In this document: positions 46,701 through 56,533 of the stretch, one piece after another
How the letters are laid out: each line of letters opens with the position of its first letter
How positions within the stretch are numbered: position 1 is the first letter of the stretch
Source of the DNA: Bradymonadia bacterium
GTDB taxonomy: Bacteria > Myxococcota_A > Bradymonadia > UBA7976 > UBA1532
Assembly (NCBI GenBank): GCA_046290225.1
Contig: JBKAGE010000079.1
Span: 192,001-256,000, forward strand
Length of the DNA stretch: 64,000 nt
Direction of reading: 5' to 3'
Notes under the pieces: model-generated
The model's input: only the letters and a program-made list of their open reading frames with translations
What the model was told of the DNA's origin: nothing
Databases searched by the model: none
Made by a program: the position numbers and the translations under genes

Positions 46701-46990
46701 TCCGAGAATCGTGGTTCCAGCTGCTCGGCGCCGATGGGGCGCTGATCGGCGAGCCGCTTCAGATTTCACCGAACTCGGATCCCTCTGAAGATCCCAGCCT
46801 GATCTTTACTGGACATACATTGTGGGCGGTGTACCAGGATTACCGACTGCAGGACCCTGAGTTATATGGCAGGTCAGGCTTCTTTGGCGGCTGTGAGCCC
46901 CTCGAAGCCTGTGTCTCCGCCGCTGCCCCCGAGCAGCTCGATGGCCGGGACAATGACTGCGACGGGCTCATCGATGAGCAGTTGCGTTGA
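43751..46990 (+). CDS. Large surface lipoprotein: acidic DxExP repeat linker, four MopE-like Cys/Asp motifs, propeller-like repeats
   Basis: Lipobox MAAC. Motifs EACNGLDDDCDGNSDE, EICDSQDNDCDGLVDE, EIACDGADEDCNGVVDD, EQLDGRDNDCDGLIDE. Repeats xVxWxDxRxGxxEIYF. Confidence 0.8.
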   Translation: MRRVIRTVCLASVLGSMAACDDGDQNPDVPSADARPDTSMTDAAFAEDMSVDVPDDGTQDARMADAGPLDADVPDVLPSDADTPDAVLRDMELLDGDIPDVERLDAETSDSDVADVEIRDVEIPDVEIPDVEIPDAEIPDSTPPDMMIIVPPDAEVPDLEVPDVEVPDVEVPDVEIPDAEIPDVEVPDLEVPDAACVPVDEACNGLDDDCDGNSDESISPRLCFVEGLGLCGQGTTVCEGGVERCEARVDVPVDEICDSQDNDCDGLVDEALASVEVVVEPAPESVTVVDARWAEGHRITAYIADGTLELRGGAAPSSSPGRIEGGGWSRVIGPIEEAASTAVALVEGTPQAAVAYVTRDGNFVEQVTLQVLDDLAEIPAPLPEGIRLSEGIARGAAPHLIRGHGHWAVTWLDARHGNDEIYFALSDGAGIDHTVRVSAHVSRSARPVVAARPEGYAVIWLDDRDGARRLYFRALDEAGDPYTEELQLTEPLVEEATLVWDGSAYGVLYGVDEGGAAPSLYLLRVNHQGRPLGDPLPVGSGRGPKIAFNGSRYVLTWRGVDGVPRLTRREPGAPFGPPAATLAPAASSVGVALLSSNTDSTVISLTEEGTIERISGNLAGCGGQLGCVPEVFTPQIVCGVGLCRADAEPSRCVDGLVQQCVPGVPSPVEIACDGADEDCNGVVDDPPLLAEAESVLVSFESEPDSPEAAWTGTSVGVGWIDEISGNAEVKFQVFTLEGEPLSPPLSITEHGARSAGLRVVFSGSTFGITWYDNRAGNDDIYFALVSADGDALGEPIAITDGDGRQQTPDLSFDGRHFNVVWRDFRAGEGNEIYLSQIDTGGQLIVDQLPLTASPLSAVSPTVASMSAAEGMGVVWRMGQGGLQDLWFGRYDSAGVAADEPQQITDSGVVLAPDLVWTGTHFGLTWVDRRNATEDVFFQLVSPEGQAIGEPVAVADGPRSALNPQISWLGSHFALIWDEDSGGIFRESWFQLLGADGALIGEPLQISPNSDPSEDPSLIFTGHTLWAVYQDYRLQDPELYGRSGFFGGCEPLEACVSAAAPEQLDGRDNDCDGLIDEQLR
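44093..44326 (+). repeat. Intragenic 15-bp tandem repeats encoding D(V/A/L)E(I/V)P
   Basis: GACGTAGAGATCCCA exact x3 (44108-44152) with flanking variants, plus a second block of 8 degenerate units at 44207-44326. Confidence 0.9.
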
Positions 46991-47018
46991 CCGAGATGCA
47001 CTACACGGAGAACTGAAC

Positions 47019-47780
47019 GTGAAAGCAGCCCTCGCTTTTCTGCTGGTCGCCGCCGTCGGCGGTGCCCTGTATTTCGCTTTGCGGCAACCCGACAATCTCA
47101 AGGAGAAGGACAAGCCCGCGAAGGTGGCCCAGCAGGACAAACCCGCCACCAAAGCCCCAGCGCCCAAGATCGATGATGGCCCCGAGCCTCTCGCCAAAGA
47201 TCCGGGCGAGCCTGAGATGCCGCCTTCGGCCTTCCCCACGATCAACCCCGATCGCCCCAAGGGGCTCGACGCCTTCGCCGACATCAAGAGCAGCGGGGAG
47301 CCGGTGACGCCTCGTCGTCCGTGGGCGGGCCTTGAGTCCCTCGGGCTGCCCACCCTCTCGGGCACCAGCATCGCCATGCAACACGGTGACTTCGCGAAGT
47401 CGAGGCCCAAAGCCCGTCACCTGGGTGGAGATCCGGAGAAGGACTGGTCGATCAACTACGAAGAGTCCAAGCCCATGGAGGGGGTCTCGCGGGTGGCCTA
47501 CCAGTTCAACCGACGGGCCCAAGGTGACGAGCCGTTCCTCAACAGCGTCTCCGTGCTGCTCGACGCCAACGCCGTCGGTGGAGAGCCGGTCTGGCAGGAG
47601 ATGATGCAGAAGGCCACCGAAGCAGGTTGGGGCAAGCACAAAGAGATCTTCGAGGAGACTGATCGCCGGCGCACCTTCTGGCAGAACGAGAAGTGGATGG
47701 GCTCGCTCTCGGTCCACCGTGAGACCGGCGAGTTGGAGTGGATCATCGAGTTCCGGACGCCCCCCGCCGATCCGGAATAG
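47019..47780 (+). CDS. Hypothetical membrane-anchored or exported protein
   Basis: GTG start after GGAG, N-terminal hydrophobic helix, Pro/Lys-rich linker, GC3-rich codons. Confidence 0.7.
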   Translation: MKAALAFLLVAAVGGALYFALRQPDNLKEKDKPAKVAQQDKPATKAPAPKIDDGPEPLAKDPGEPEMPPSAFPTINPDRPKGLDAFADIKSSGEPVTPRRPWAGLESLGLPTLSGTSIAMQHGDFAKSRPKARHLGGDPEKDWSINYEESKPMEGVSRVAYQFNRRAQGDEPFLNSVSVLLDANAVGGEPVWQEMMQKATEAGWGKHKEIFEETDRRRTFWQNEKWMGSLSVHRETGELEWIIEFRTPPADPE

Positions 47781-47804
47781 AGCTGACGAGCAAACTTCTG
47801 GCAG

Positions 47805-50264
47805 CTATCTCGGTCGCAACACTCTGTCGAGGAGCGGCAAGCCCACTGTGATCTCCGTCCCTGTGCCGATGATGCTCTCCACCGACACAAATCCTTCGTG
47901 ACTGCGCACGGTGGCCATCACCGAGGCGAGGCCCAGACCGTTCCCCGAGCCCTTGGTGGTGAAGAATGGATCGAACATTCGAGCCATGACCTCCGGAGGT
48001 ATCCCGCCGCCATTGTCGCTCACCTTCAGCACCGCATATCGACCTGGGATCAGTGAGCAGTCCTGCCGAACCGTGGCGAGCTGTGCTGCGGACATCTCTT
48101 CTGCACGCAGCTGCAGGCTCACTCGCCCTCGGTCGTGATGCATGGCCTCGATGGCGTTGATCACCAGGTTGAAGACGACCTGCTTGAGTTGGATGGCTGC
48201 GCCAAGCACGGAGAGAGGCTCTGGCGCTGCGTCCAAGCTCAGCTCCGCCCGTCCTCGCACCGAGGCTTCGAGCAGAGCTGAGACCTCGCTGATCAGGCAG
48301 TTGAGATCGAGCTGCTCCAAGGTGAGGTTGGATCGACGGGCGTACGCCATCAGCTCCCGGGGCAGGCGCTCCGCTTCCTGGGTCTGGCGGAGCAGCAGCG
48401 AGATGGTCTCGTAGGCCAGAGAATCTCTGGGCAGATCGAGCAGAGCCGCCTGAGCAGAGAGGCTCAGGGTGGTGAGATGATTCTTGAAGTCATGGGCCAC
48501 CCCCGCAGCCATGAGCTCGAGGCTCTCGACTTTGGACAAGGCCTGAATTCTGCTATCGAGGCGTCGGCGACCTTCTTCGGCGAGGTGCTGTTGTGTGATG
48601 TCCTGCACCACCCCACGGATGCGCACCACTCGGCCTGCTTCGATGACCGGTGTGCCGATGACGCGCAGCCACCGCGGCGATGTGCTCTGGCTTTGAAAGG
48701 GCAGTTGCAGATCGAAAGAGGAGCCGTGTTGCGCGCACCGACTCAGAGCTTCCTGAAGGCGGCTCTGGCCCTCAGGGGCGTAGAAGGTCATCACCGCATC
48801 AGCATCGAGGGGCTCGGCGTGAGAGAGCCCGTAGATGGCGTACACACCAGGGGTCCAGCTCACGGCGCCGGTCTCGACCACCATCTCCCAGCCCCCGACC
48901 CGGGCGAGACTCTCCGCCTCGCGCATCAGGGCTTCGCTGCGTTCGAGGTTGATCTCCACCCTGCGGCGGGCGGTGATGTCCTGACACTGCAGGCGCATGA
49001 GCCTGTTCGAGCTGTCGGGGATACGACGCAAACGCAGAAAGATCTCGTAGCCCGCGGGGTGCGTGCCGCGACACTCGCATTCCATCTGCACGGACTGTGG
49101 CCGCAGGATCAGCTCGACGAGGGCGCGATCTTCTGGGTAGATGCGCCGGAGCAGATGCTGGTGTGTGGGCGTCGTCTGTGCATCGTACCCCAGCATCTTG
49201 AAGATCTGAGGCGACCACTGCACCTCGGCGGTGGGGGCCGCGTGTTGCCACGTGATGGTGCCCAGGCGACCCATCTCCCGAACTTCGGTGAGCATCTGCC
49301 GGGTCTCGGTGAGACTGTGCTCCGCGCCGACGTCGATGAAGGTGCACGCTGTGCGGGCGTGCAGCCCACCTTCCATCTCTCGCGTCGCCAGCAGGCGGAA
49401 GTGCTTGGGCGGCCCTGCGCCTTCCAAGGTGACCACCTCGTCGAGATGGTCTTTGCTGCGCAAAAAGGCCGAGCACCATCGCTGCACCGAAGGCAAAGAG
49501 CCCTTCAGGAAGTCGGTGAGCGCGTGGTTCATCACCACCTGAGGGTCTTTTTGGCCAAAGGCGTCGAGGGCCTTCGAATTCACCTCGATGACCCGCCCGT
49601 TGAGCATCTGCATCAGCTGATCTGCATGGGGTAGGGCAGGATCTATGGGCGGATCGTGGGCCAGCCAGACTGTGGCCACCTGACTCTGCTCCAAGAAGGT
49701 GGAGTGGCGGTGGGTGACGCGGCGCTCGTTGGTGATGTCGGTGAAGTTCACCAGCACCACCGGCTCCGGGGCGCGGTGATCATCCACATATTGAGCGTTC
49801 ACCTTCAACCACACCCGGGTGTGGTTGAGCGGGCGCCAGACCCCCATGACCACACCTTCCACTAGGCTCTGCGTCGTACGCGCGCGGCTCGAGGGGTGCA
49901 TCTCGCCGGGCATTTCGGCGCCATCTTCTCCGATGACACGCCAGTTTGGATCCAGGGTCGTACGACCCTGAATCTGATCGAGGGTCAGGCCGAGCAGGCG
50001 CAACGCTGCCGGATTGGCGTACACGATGGCCAGATCAGAGGCACGGTGAATGACGATGCCTTGATCGAGGTGAGCCAGGGCCAGAATCGGATCGAGGCTG
50101 TAGAGATCGGAGATTGAGCCCTCACCCACAGAGTCGAGGGCTTCGAGGCGGGCCTTGAGTCGTCGATTCTCTGCGTTGAGGCGTTCGAGTTGAGCCTTGA
50201 GCATCTGATGCGCGTGATCGCGCTCCTCAACCAGGGTCACCGCGGGATCGGTGTCGTCCTGCAT
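47805..50264 (-). CDS. Cytoplasmic multi-PAS sensor histidine kinase
   Basis: Several PAS/PAC domains, [45 protein letters not shown]. No receiver domain. Confidence 0.88.
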   Translation of the reverse strand: MQDDTDPAVTLVEERDHAHQMLKAQLERLNAENRRLKARLEALDSVGEGSISDLYSLDPILALAHLDQGIVIHRASDLAIVYANPAALRLLGLTLDQIQGRTTLDPNWRVIGEDGAEMPGEMHPSSRARTTQSLVEGVVMGVWRPLNHTRVWLKVNAQYVDDHRAPEPVVLVNFTDITNERRVTHRHSTFLEQSQVATVWLAHDPPIDPALPHADQLMQMLNGRVIEVNSKALDAFGQKDPQVVMNHALTDFLKGSLPSVQRWCSAFLRSKDHLDEVVTLEGAGPPKHFRLLATREMEGGLHARTACTFIDVGAEHSLTETRQMLTEVREMGRLGTITWQHAAPTAEVQWSPQIFKMLGYDAQTTPTHQHLLRRIYPEDRALVELILRPQSVQMECECRGTHPAGYEIFLRLRRIPDSSNRLMRLQCQDITARRRVEINLERSEALMREAESLARVGGWEMVVETGAVSWTPGVYAIYGLSHAEPLDADAVMTFYAPEGQSRLQEALSRCAQHGSSFDLQLPFQSQSTSPRWLRVIGTPVIEAGRVVRIRGVVQDITQQHLAEEGRRRLDSRIQALSKVESLELMAAGVAHDFKNHLTTLSLSAQAALLDLPRDSLAYETISLLLRQTQEAERLPRELMAYARRSNLTLEQLDLNCLISEVSALLEASVRGRAELSLDAAPEPLSVLGAAIQLKQVVFNLVINAIEAMHHDRGRVSLQLRAEEMSAAQLATVRQDCSLIPGRYAVLKVSDNGGGIPPEVMARMFDPFFTTKGSGNGLGLASVMATVRSHEGFVSVESIIGTGTEITVGLPLLDRVLRPR

Positions 50265-50473
50265 GACTCGAACTCCCATCCAGGTCTTGTTGACTGGGCT
50301 CGAAACAATATGTGGGTTTTTGAGTTTGCCCTGTCCCAGTGTTGAATCGAACTCAAGTAGAGTCAACCCGTATCGACGCCATTCATACCCACACCACCGA
50401 GGGGACTTTCCAAAACCGCAGAGTTGACGTAGTTTCCTCGCCTCTCGTGGAAAGGTGGTGCTCGGTGTCACAG

Positions 50474-51178
50474 ATGAATACGACCCTCTGGCTGCGCAGT
50501 TTGACCTTTTCTGCCCTGGCCCTGAGCGCCGTCGCCTGTGGTGAGGCTGAGCAGACTCCGGACACACCTCGAGAGGCTGTGGAGTCTGCTGAAACCCTGG
50601 ACCAGGCCTGGCCTGGTCGTGATCCTAAGACCGACGCCACGTGTCATCAGCGGGCTGCCTGGTGCCCTGCCCGAGATCTTGCTCCATGGTCCAGCCTCAC
50701 CGAGCAGGCAGTGTCGATCCGGTTCAACATCGGCGACGTCGACCCCAAGAGCGTGGTGACCTCGGAGGAGACCGAGACCACGGCCACCGACGGCGCTGTG
50801 GAGATCAACACCCGGGTGAGGACCACCGCCGAGGCGTCGAGCTTCGGCCTCATCAAAGAGTTCGCCCCGTACTATGTCGAGGTGGAAGGCCCTGGTGTGC
50901 TCGAGGTGGAGATCATCCCCGAGCAGGCCGACGACGAGGCCAGCTGGTTGATCTTGACCCCTGAGATGGAGAAGTTCGGGCGCTTCGACGGCCTCAAGGC
51001 CCAGGTGACCACCGAGAAGGGTGGCCTGATCAAGGTGGCGGTGCTCCCAGAGTCGGCCCACGCCGAGATGCACGGCGGTGAGCTGGTGGCCACCTTGAAG
51101 TACGAGATCGAAGCCCGCTGGTACCCTCAGAGCCCCGATGAGACCGGCCGCTCTGACGAGGGCAGCCGGGTCGAGTAG
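50474..51178 (+). CDS. Hypothetical lipoprotein
   Basis: MNTTLWLRSLTFSALALSAVAC lipobox; acidic, beta-rich body. Confidence 0.7.
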   Translation: MNTTLWLRSLTFSALALSAVACGEAEQTPDTPREAVESAETLDQAWPGRDPKTDATCHQRAAWCPARDLAPWSSLTEQAVSIRFNIGDVDPKSVVTSEETETTATDGAVEINTRVRTTAEASSFGLIKEFAPYYVEVEGPGVLEVEIIPEQADDEASWLILTPEMEKFGRFDGLKAQVTTEKGGLIKVAVLPESAHAEMHGGELVATLKYEIEARWYPQSPDETGRSDEGSRVE

Positions 51179-51197
51179 CTCTGCCTGGGGCTGGCGT

Positions 51198-52406
51198 TCA
51201 GTCCAACCCGTCCTGAGCGAGGATGGCGCCGATGGCCCGAGCGGCGCGGTTGAGGGCGTCTCGGCCAGGGTACCCCGCCATGGCCACCACCCACCGACGT
51301 CGTGAGTTGTAGCGGTAGACGTAGATCACGTCGCTCATCCAGTTCTCCGAGAAACCGGGCTTGTGATAGAAGGCCACTTGTCCCTTCTTGAAGCGCGACT
51401 CGATGCCCTTCACGATCTCCATGCCCCGCTTTCGGTTGGACTTCAGCGCGTTTCTGATGGCTCGCAGCTCGCGAATGCCCAAGTTGTAGCGCTGACTCGA
51501 CGGGATCTGTTCATGGAGCATGAGCCGGCGCATGACCTCGGCGAGATCTTCCAGGCTGGCGCAGGCCGAGCTGTACTTGCACGCATAGGTCTTCTTCGAC
51601 GAGCGGGATGGGATCGTGCGCTTCTTCGAGCCCTGTCTCAATTTGATCTTCGGCGATGTGCGGAAGTGGTCGGCGCCCGTCAGCGGCAACCAGCGCGACT
51701 TCTCGTAGGGCTTGTGGATCGCCGCCGTCGGCGCGCCTTTGCGGGCGAGCACCCTGCCGTTCATCCAGTCATAACCTGCGAGCTGTGACAGGCGATTGTG
51801 GGCGATGTTGTTGCTGGGCCCCAGGGCGTCGGCGATCAGGTCGGCCACGCGATAGCTCTTGGGGCCGCCCTTCTTGTCATAGAAGGTTGCCGAGGTGTTC
51901 ACGCCGAACCCCCTGGATCTCAGATAGTCCAGGGCGGCCACCCCGGAGAAGAGCTTGATGGTGGAGGCGGGGTTCCAGTGCGTGTCGTCCCCCGTGCTCT
52001 TCCACTGGAAGGTCTCGGTCTTCACCACCCGGGTGCGGCTCTTGTTGAGGGTGTACTGCACCACCAGCGCCTTGAACTTCGCCGGAGGCCGGAAGCCCTC
52101 GGCCCGCATCAGGCTCTCGAGATCTGCCTTCTTGCCCTTGCGTCGGGTGCTGCGCTTGCTGCTGCGCCGCCTCGACGTGCTGGAGCTTCGGGGCTGAGTG
52201 CAGCCTCGGGGGATCTTGAGCGTGGCTCCGGCGCGGATGGAGGTGCCCGAGAGCCCGTTGTGAGCCTGGATACGCTCCACTGTGCAGTCGAAGCGCGCTG
52301 CGATGCGCCCCAGGGTGTCTCCACGCTCGATGGTGTACGTACGGGCCTCGGCGGCGGAGATCACCGCAAAGAGTCCGCACAACAGGCTGGCCGCGACACG
52401 GTTCAT
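51198..52406 (-). CDS. Exported LysM + serine beta-lactamase/PBP-like hydrolase
   Basis: Signal peptide, LysM (YTIERGDTLGRIAARF...IRAGATLKIP), SxxK (PASTIK), SNN, HKPG. Confidence 0.8.
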   Translation of the reverse strand: MNRVAASLLCGLFAVISAAEARTYTIERGDTLGRIAARFDCTVERIQAHNGLSGTSIRAGATLKIPRGCTQPRSSSTSRRRSSKRSTRRKGKKADLESLMRAEGFRPPAKFKALVVQYTLNKSRTRVVKTETFQWKSTGDDTHWNPASTIKLFSGVAALDYLRSRGFGVNTSATFYDKKGGPKSYRVADLIADALGPSNNIAHNRLSQLAGYDWMNGRVLARKGAPTAAIHKPYEKSRWLPLTGADHFRTSPKIKLRQGSKKRTIPSRSSKKTYACKYSSACASLEDLAEVMRRLMLHEQIPSSQRYNLGIRELRAIRNALKSNRKRGMEIVKGIESRFKKGQVAFYHKPGFSENWMSDVIYVYRYNSRRRWVVAMAGYPGRDALNRAARAIGAILAQDGLD

Positions 52407-52445
52407 GTGAGGAGAGACCTCCCAGCGGGGCAGATGGCGCTGATG

Positions 52446-53129
52446 TCAGCGCCCGGTGATCGAGAAGTGCATGAAGTCTTTGATGCGCCCTTCGATGGTG
52501 CCGCCCCACTTCCAGAACTCACCAAAGGCGGAGTGCACTGGCCCCCCTTCGACGACGGTGGTCTTGGGGCGCTTCTCTGGATCCCAGGCCCCACCGACCC
52601 GGAGCGAGCAGCGCTTGATGTCGGCGGCGGTCTTGGGGGCCTTCTTCAAAGCGCAGCGTGCGTACAGGCCGTTGTGGCCGGCGTTCACGTCGATGGCTGT
52701 ACCGTAGGAGTGGTTGCTGAACTGCGTGCGCAGATCATCGACCACCTTCCCCCGAGTACGGCCCACCCGGTAGCCGATGAGGGTCTTGATTTTGAAGCCG
52801 CTCTCTTTGGCTTGGAGCAGCGCTTTGCTCACGGCCTCAGCGTGGTGCTTGCACACTGTCACTTTGGGCAATCCCTCGAGTTCGAGGGTGGTCTGATCCT
52901 CACTGCACACGGTACAGCGGGGATCGTCCGGATCCTTCTCTTCGTCGGTGAGCTCTGCCCGGGTCTTGCGCACCTTCTTGCGGCCCACCACCTTCTTCTT
53001 CTTCACGTGCCACGAAGACGTACGGTAGGTGCACACCTCTCCACCGGCGTCACCTACGCTCTCAGCCCCTGCATCTCCCACAGAGAGCGTCAACGCAGCG
53101 AGGAGCAGTGATGGGATCAAGGCTCTCAA
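52446..53129 (-). CDS. Exported M15-family metallopeptidase
   Basis: Signal peptide, GYR, SNHSYGTAIDVN, WKWGG, DFMHFS. Confidence 0.85.
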   Translation of the reverse strand: MRALIPSLLLAALTLSVGDAGAESVGDAGGEVCTYRTSSWHVKKKKVVGRKKVRKTRAELTDEEKDPDDPRCTVCSEDQTTLELEGLPKVTVCKHHAEAVSKALLQAKESGFKIKTLIGYRVGRTRGKVVDDLRTQFSNHSYGTAIDVNAGHNGLYARCALKKAPKTAADIKRCSLRVGGAWDPEKRPKTTVVEGGPVHSAFGEFWKWGGTIEGRIKDFMHFSITGR

Positions 53130-54169
53130 CGACGCCTCCGCTTCTTGCGCTCTGCCGGCGGCGGCGGGGTGGTGCGGGTGATGGTGAGGGGGATCTCATC
53201 CTCCTTGAGGCGGGTCCAGGGCACCACGTCGCGCACGCGCTTCACCCAGGGCTGGTCGAGCCACTCCTGGAAGTTGCGGCCCAGGTGGGCGTTGTACCGG
53301 TAGTCGCCGTTGCTCTTCATGCTGGCCACAGTGCGCAGGAGCCACCCGTCTTCGGCGAAGTTGAGGGCTTTGATGTTCTCTCGATAAACCTTTTTGAAAG
53401 GCCAGTATTCCTCGGCGTTCGACACGTACAGCACCCGGATGGGCACCCCGAGGGCCCGAGAGGCGTCGCCGAGGCCCTTCATGGCCTGCTCGCCGATGAG
53501 GTTGCACAGCATGGGGCGTACGCGATCCGCCATGACCAGCTTGCGGATGAAGGCATATGAAGCGTCATCGGTGACGAAGCTGGGGATCCCCGCTTTGGGC
53601 AGGGTGGCCTTGAGGCGCTTGAACCGCCGCACCACCTTGGGCCGGGCGATCTTGAACACCCGGATGATGTGATCGCGATCAGGGTGCTCGGCGTAGATGA
53701 TCTTGAGCAGCGAGGTGGCCTTCTTGAGGTGCTGCTTCTCCCAGAGCCCCAGGAACGCCTCGCGGCTGTCGGCCTCTTTGAAGAAGCCCACGTAGGCCCA
53801 GTGCAGGTGCCGCACCCACGGATCGTAATCGGTGAGCCACACCAGCTCCGCCTTCATCCAGTCGGCGAACAGGTAGGCTTGATCGGTGCCCACCCCCATG
53901 TAGGCGCCGCCGATGCCTTTGATGGTGTCGTGGAACTTGTGCAGGTTGCGCTCGTCTCCAGTGAGATAGTGGCGCCCCTGAAGCTCTTTGCGGCTGGCCA
54001 GCAGCAGCTCGGGGGCCTTGTCCTCAGCAGTGTCCCAGAAAAGGCGCTTGTGGGCCTCGTCGAGGGGGCCGTGGCCGTTGGGTGACGCCTGAGCAGAGGC
54101 GGACTGAGCGAAGAACGCGATCGGCAACAGCAAGCCGAGGAGCGCGGTGAGCAGCATCGGTCGGCGCAT
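53126..54169 (-). CDS. Exported hypothetical protein (possibly LIC_10091-like)
   Basis: GGAGG SD, signal peptide, motifs GGAYMGVGTDQAY and LYVSNAEEYW. The family name is from recollection only. Confidence 0.65.
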   Translation of the reverse strand: MRRPMLLTALLGLLLPIAFFAQSASAQASPNGHGPLDEAHKRLFWDTAEDKAPELLLASRKELQGRHYLTGDERNLHKFHDTIKGIGGAYMGVGTDQAYLFADWMKAELVWLTDYDPWVRHLHWAYVGFFKEADSREAFLGLWEKQHLKKATSLLKIIYAEHPDRDHIIRVFKIARPKVVRRFKRLKATLPKAGIPSFVTDDASYAFIRKLVMADRVRPMLCNLIGEQAMKGLGDASRALGVPIRVLYVSNAEEYWPFKKVYRENIKALNFAEDGWLLRTVASMKSNGDYRYNAHLGRNFQEWLDQPWVKRVRDVVPWTRLKEDEIPLTITRTTPPPPAERKKRRRR

Positions 54170-54271
54170 GGGCCCTCCGGAGCGTGGGGTGGAGTGGACA
54201 GTGAGCGCACCCCCCGAAGGGAGAACGGTGGGTGCTGAACTGCCATGATCCGCCGGCGTTGCCAACCCCTC

Positions 54272-56368
54272 TCAGGGCTTGAGCGTCGTCGGGCAGCGGT
54301 GAGAGACCGGATAGGGCAGCGAGATCTTCACTGTGGTGTGTCCTTTGACTTGAACCGTCTGCCGGTGGGGCCTGCGGCCACGCACGGAAACCTCGAGAGT
54401 ATAGGTGCCCTCACTGGGGAGCAGGCGGGTGAAGTGACCGTCTCGACAGCGGGCGCGCCAGCGCTCTCCGTTGTTCAGGGCGATCTCTGTGATGTGCACC
54501 TGAGCCCCCACGGGGCGCCCCCGTGCGTCCACCACCTCGCCAGAGATCGTGGGTCCGTCGACGACACGATCGAGAAGCACGGGCCACGTCGTGCGCACTT
54601 TCTCGATGATGCGTTGCCGCCGCTCGGGGTGCACCGGCGTCCAGATGGCCCCTTCCACGAGCATGGCCACAGTACCGTAGGTGTGCATCAGCCAGTCCTG
54701 GTCGACCCCGTCCACAGGGTAGAGGTTCTTGAGCACAGGCACCGGCCGGCCTTGCGGGTGTTCGCCCACCGCGGCGGCCATGGCCTCGGCGAGAGGCATC
54801 GCCACGTCGGGCTTCGGATTCTCCACTTTCTCGATGGTGTAGGGGGTGAGCACGGCGATGGTGCCAGTGTGGAACGACAGCGAGGCGGCGAAACGCTCAG
54901 CATCAGCGAGCTTCATGATGGCCTTGACCTCGGGCTCGGTGGCGGGCCCCTCACCGCGGAAATATCTCGAGTACGGGTCAGATCGGCTACCACGCTCTCC
55001 GTGAGCGCCCCACATGAAGGGGTAGTTCCGGTTGAGATCCACCCCCTCGAGGGGGCTCAGGTGACCATCTTCGTCCACATCACGTCGGTTTTTACGGCCC
55101 GCCTTCGAGGTCTCGCGCAAGTACGCGGCGTTGCCGTCCGGGTTCACCAGAGGCACACACCAGATCGCCAGGGTGGAGAGCCACCGTCGCGGTGGACCTG
55201 ATGTGCCTTCGGCAGCGGCCTTGAGCAGCTGGCGGGCGGCATCGAGGGTAAAGTCCACGGAGAGCAGCTCGTTGCCGTGGTGGGCACCGTTGATCAAGAC
55301 CGAGGGTCGTCGAGAGATGTCTGCAGAGTGGATGTCGTCGGCGATGAGCAGACCATAGATGGGCCGGCCGCCGTGGCTGGTGCCCAGACGTTCGAGTCGG
55401 CTGTGGCGTGGGAACCGCGCCGCGAGGGCCTCGAGAGTGGCCTGAACCATCTGCGGATCCGAGTAGCCCGCGTCGAAGAAAGGGTCTGCGGCAAGCTGGC
55501 CGCGTACAGCCTCGTCGACGGCGTGATAGCGCGGATCTCTCAAGCGCCAGGGCGGAGAAGGTACGAGATCGCCGAGACGGTGATCGGCGCAGTGATGGCG
55601 CTCGAGCCCGTCGACATCTGTGAGAAAGCTGACCTTTCCGCGACGGCTGGTGGCCATGACCTGACCATAGGGTGCACCATCGACGTCTTCTGCGGGCAAT
55701 GCCATGACGATGGGGGGCTCGTAGACTGCAGGCATCGTCGGGGCAGGCAGGGTACACAGAGGCCGCCCGGAGAGTCGCCGAACGCCCCCCACCCATCGTC
55801 GACGCGGCAAGAGGGCGATGCCCTTCAAGGCCCTGGTCTTGATCTCCGAGCCGCGATAGAGCCCCGCCCCAAGTGGTGTCTGACGGTCGGGATCAAAGGC
55901 CGTTGCCACCAGAGTGTCGCCCAGAATCCGCAGGGTGATTTGAACCCGCTCACGGTTGAAAAACGATCTGAACCGGAAACGGGCGAGCACCCTGGTGCGC
56001 TTGCCCTTCACTTGAACCAGGGCGGCCCGTCGGCCGGCCAGGCGAATGCCCAGGCCGGTGCGCACCTTGCCTCGCTTGGGGGCCGCGGCGAAGAGCAGAG
56101 TGCCTCTGATCTCCGTCGGTGTGTCGAACTCCGCGGTGAGGGCCATCGAGATGCTGTGATCAGCAGAGAGCGGCGTCCACCAGATCTCCGAAGGGCTCTG
56201 AGGGGCCCAGGCCCCGTTCACGGTGGACCACTGTGCATCGTCATCGCCTGAAGCAGGTCGCCCTTCGTCGATGAAGACCCATCCCTCGAGATCAGGCGCG
56301 CAGAGCGCCGTGGTGATCAGGGACAGGTACACGAGCGGGACCAGGAGAAAGTTCCGGATCTTCACCAT
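54272..56368 (-). CDS. Exported M14 zinc carboxypeptidase
   Basis: LGTSHGGRPI, GAHHGNE, VPLVNPDG, RKN, GVDLNRNY, EPEVKAI, SFH, C-terminal regulatory-like domain (ISGEVVDARGRPV). Confidence 0.88.
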   Translation of the reverse strand: MVKIRNFLLVPLVYLSLITTALCAPDLEGWVFIDEGRPASGDDDAQWSTVNGAWAPQSPSEIWWTPLSADHSISMALTAEFDTPTEIRGTLLFAAAPKRGKVRTGLGIRLAGRRAALVQVKGKRTRVLARFRFRSFFNRERVQITLRILGDTLVATAFDPDRQTPLGAGLYRGSEIKTRALKGIALLPRRRWVGGVRRLSGRPLCTLPAPTMPAVYEPPIVMALPAEDVDGAPYGQVMATSRRGKVSFLTDVDGLERHHCADHRLGDLVPSPPWRLRDPRYHAVDEAVRGQLAADPFFDAGYSDPQMVQATLEALAARFPRHSRLERLGTSHGGRPIYGLLIADDIHSADISRRPSVLINGAHHGNELLSVDFTLDAARQLLKAAAEGTSGPPRRWLSTLAIWCVPLVNPDGNAAYLRETSKAGRKNRRDVDEDGHLSPLEGVDLNRNYPFMWGAHGERGSRSDPYSRYFRGEGPATEPEVKAIMKLADAERFAASLSFHTGTIAVLTPYTIEKVENPKPDVAMPLAEAMAAAVGEHPQGRPVPVLKNLYPVDGVDQDWLMHTYGTVAMLVEGAIWTPVHPERRQRIIEKVRTTWPVLLDRVVDGPTISGEVVDARGRPVGAQVHITEIALNNGERWRARCRDGHFTRLLPSEGTYTLEVSVRGRRPHRQTVQVKGHTTVKISLPYPVSHRCPTTLKP

Positions 56369-56473
56369 CTACTCAGTATGGGGAGCCAGTGTGGAAAACG
56401 CGACCTGCGATCAGGGCCAGGGAATGGCCTGTGGGTCAAGTCCGACAACACAATGAAAGGAGAGCAGACGATT

Positions 56474-56533
56474 CGCTCAACAGCTGGGCGCTCGACAACT
56501 GGGCGCTCAACAACTGGGCGCTCAACAACTGGG
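56474..56533. repeat. Four tandem 15-bp repeats
   Basis: CGCTCAACAGCTGGG / CGCTCGACAACTGGG / CGCTCAACAACTGGG / CGCTCAACAACTGGG, with no spacers. Confidence 0.92.

Noticed and set aside
56474..56533. Possible CRISPR array
   Set aside because: The units are 15 bp and contiguous, with no spacers and no cas genes in the window.
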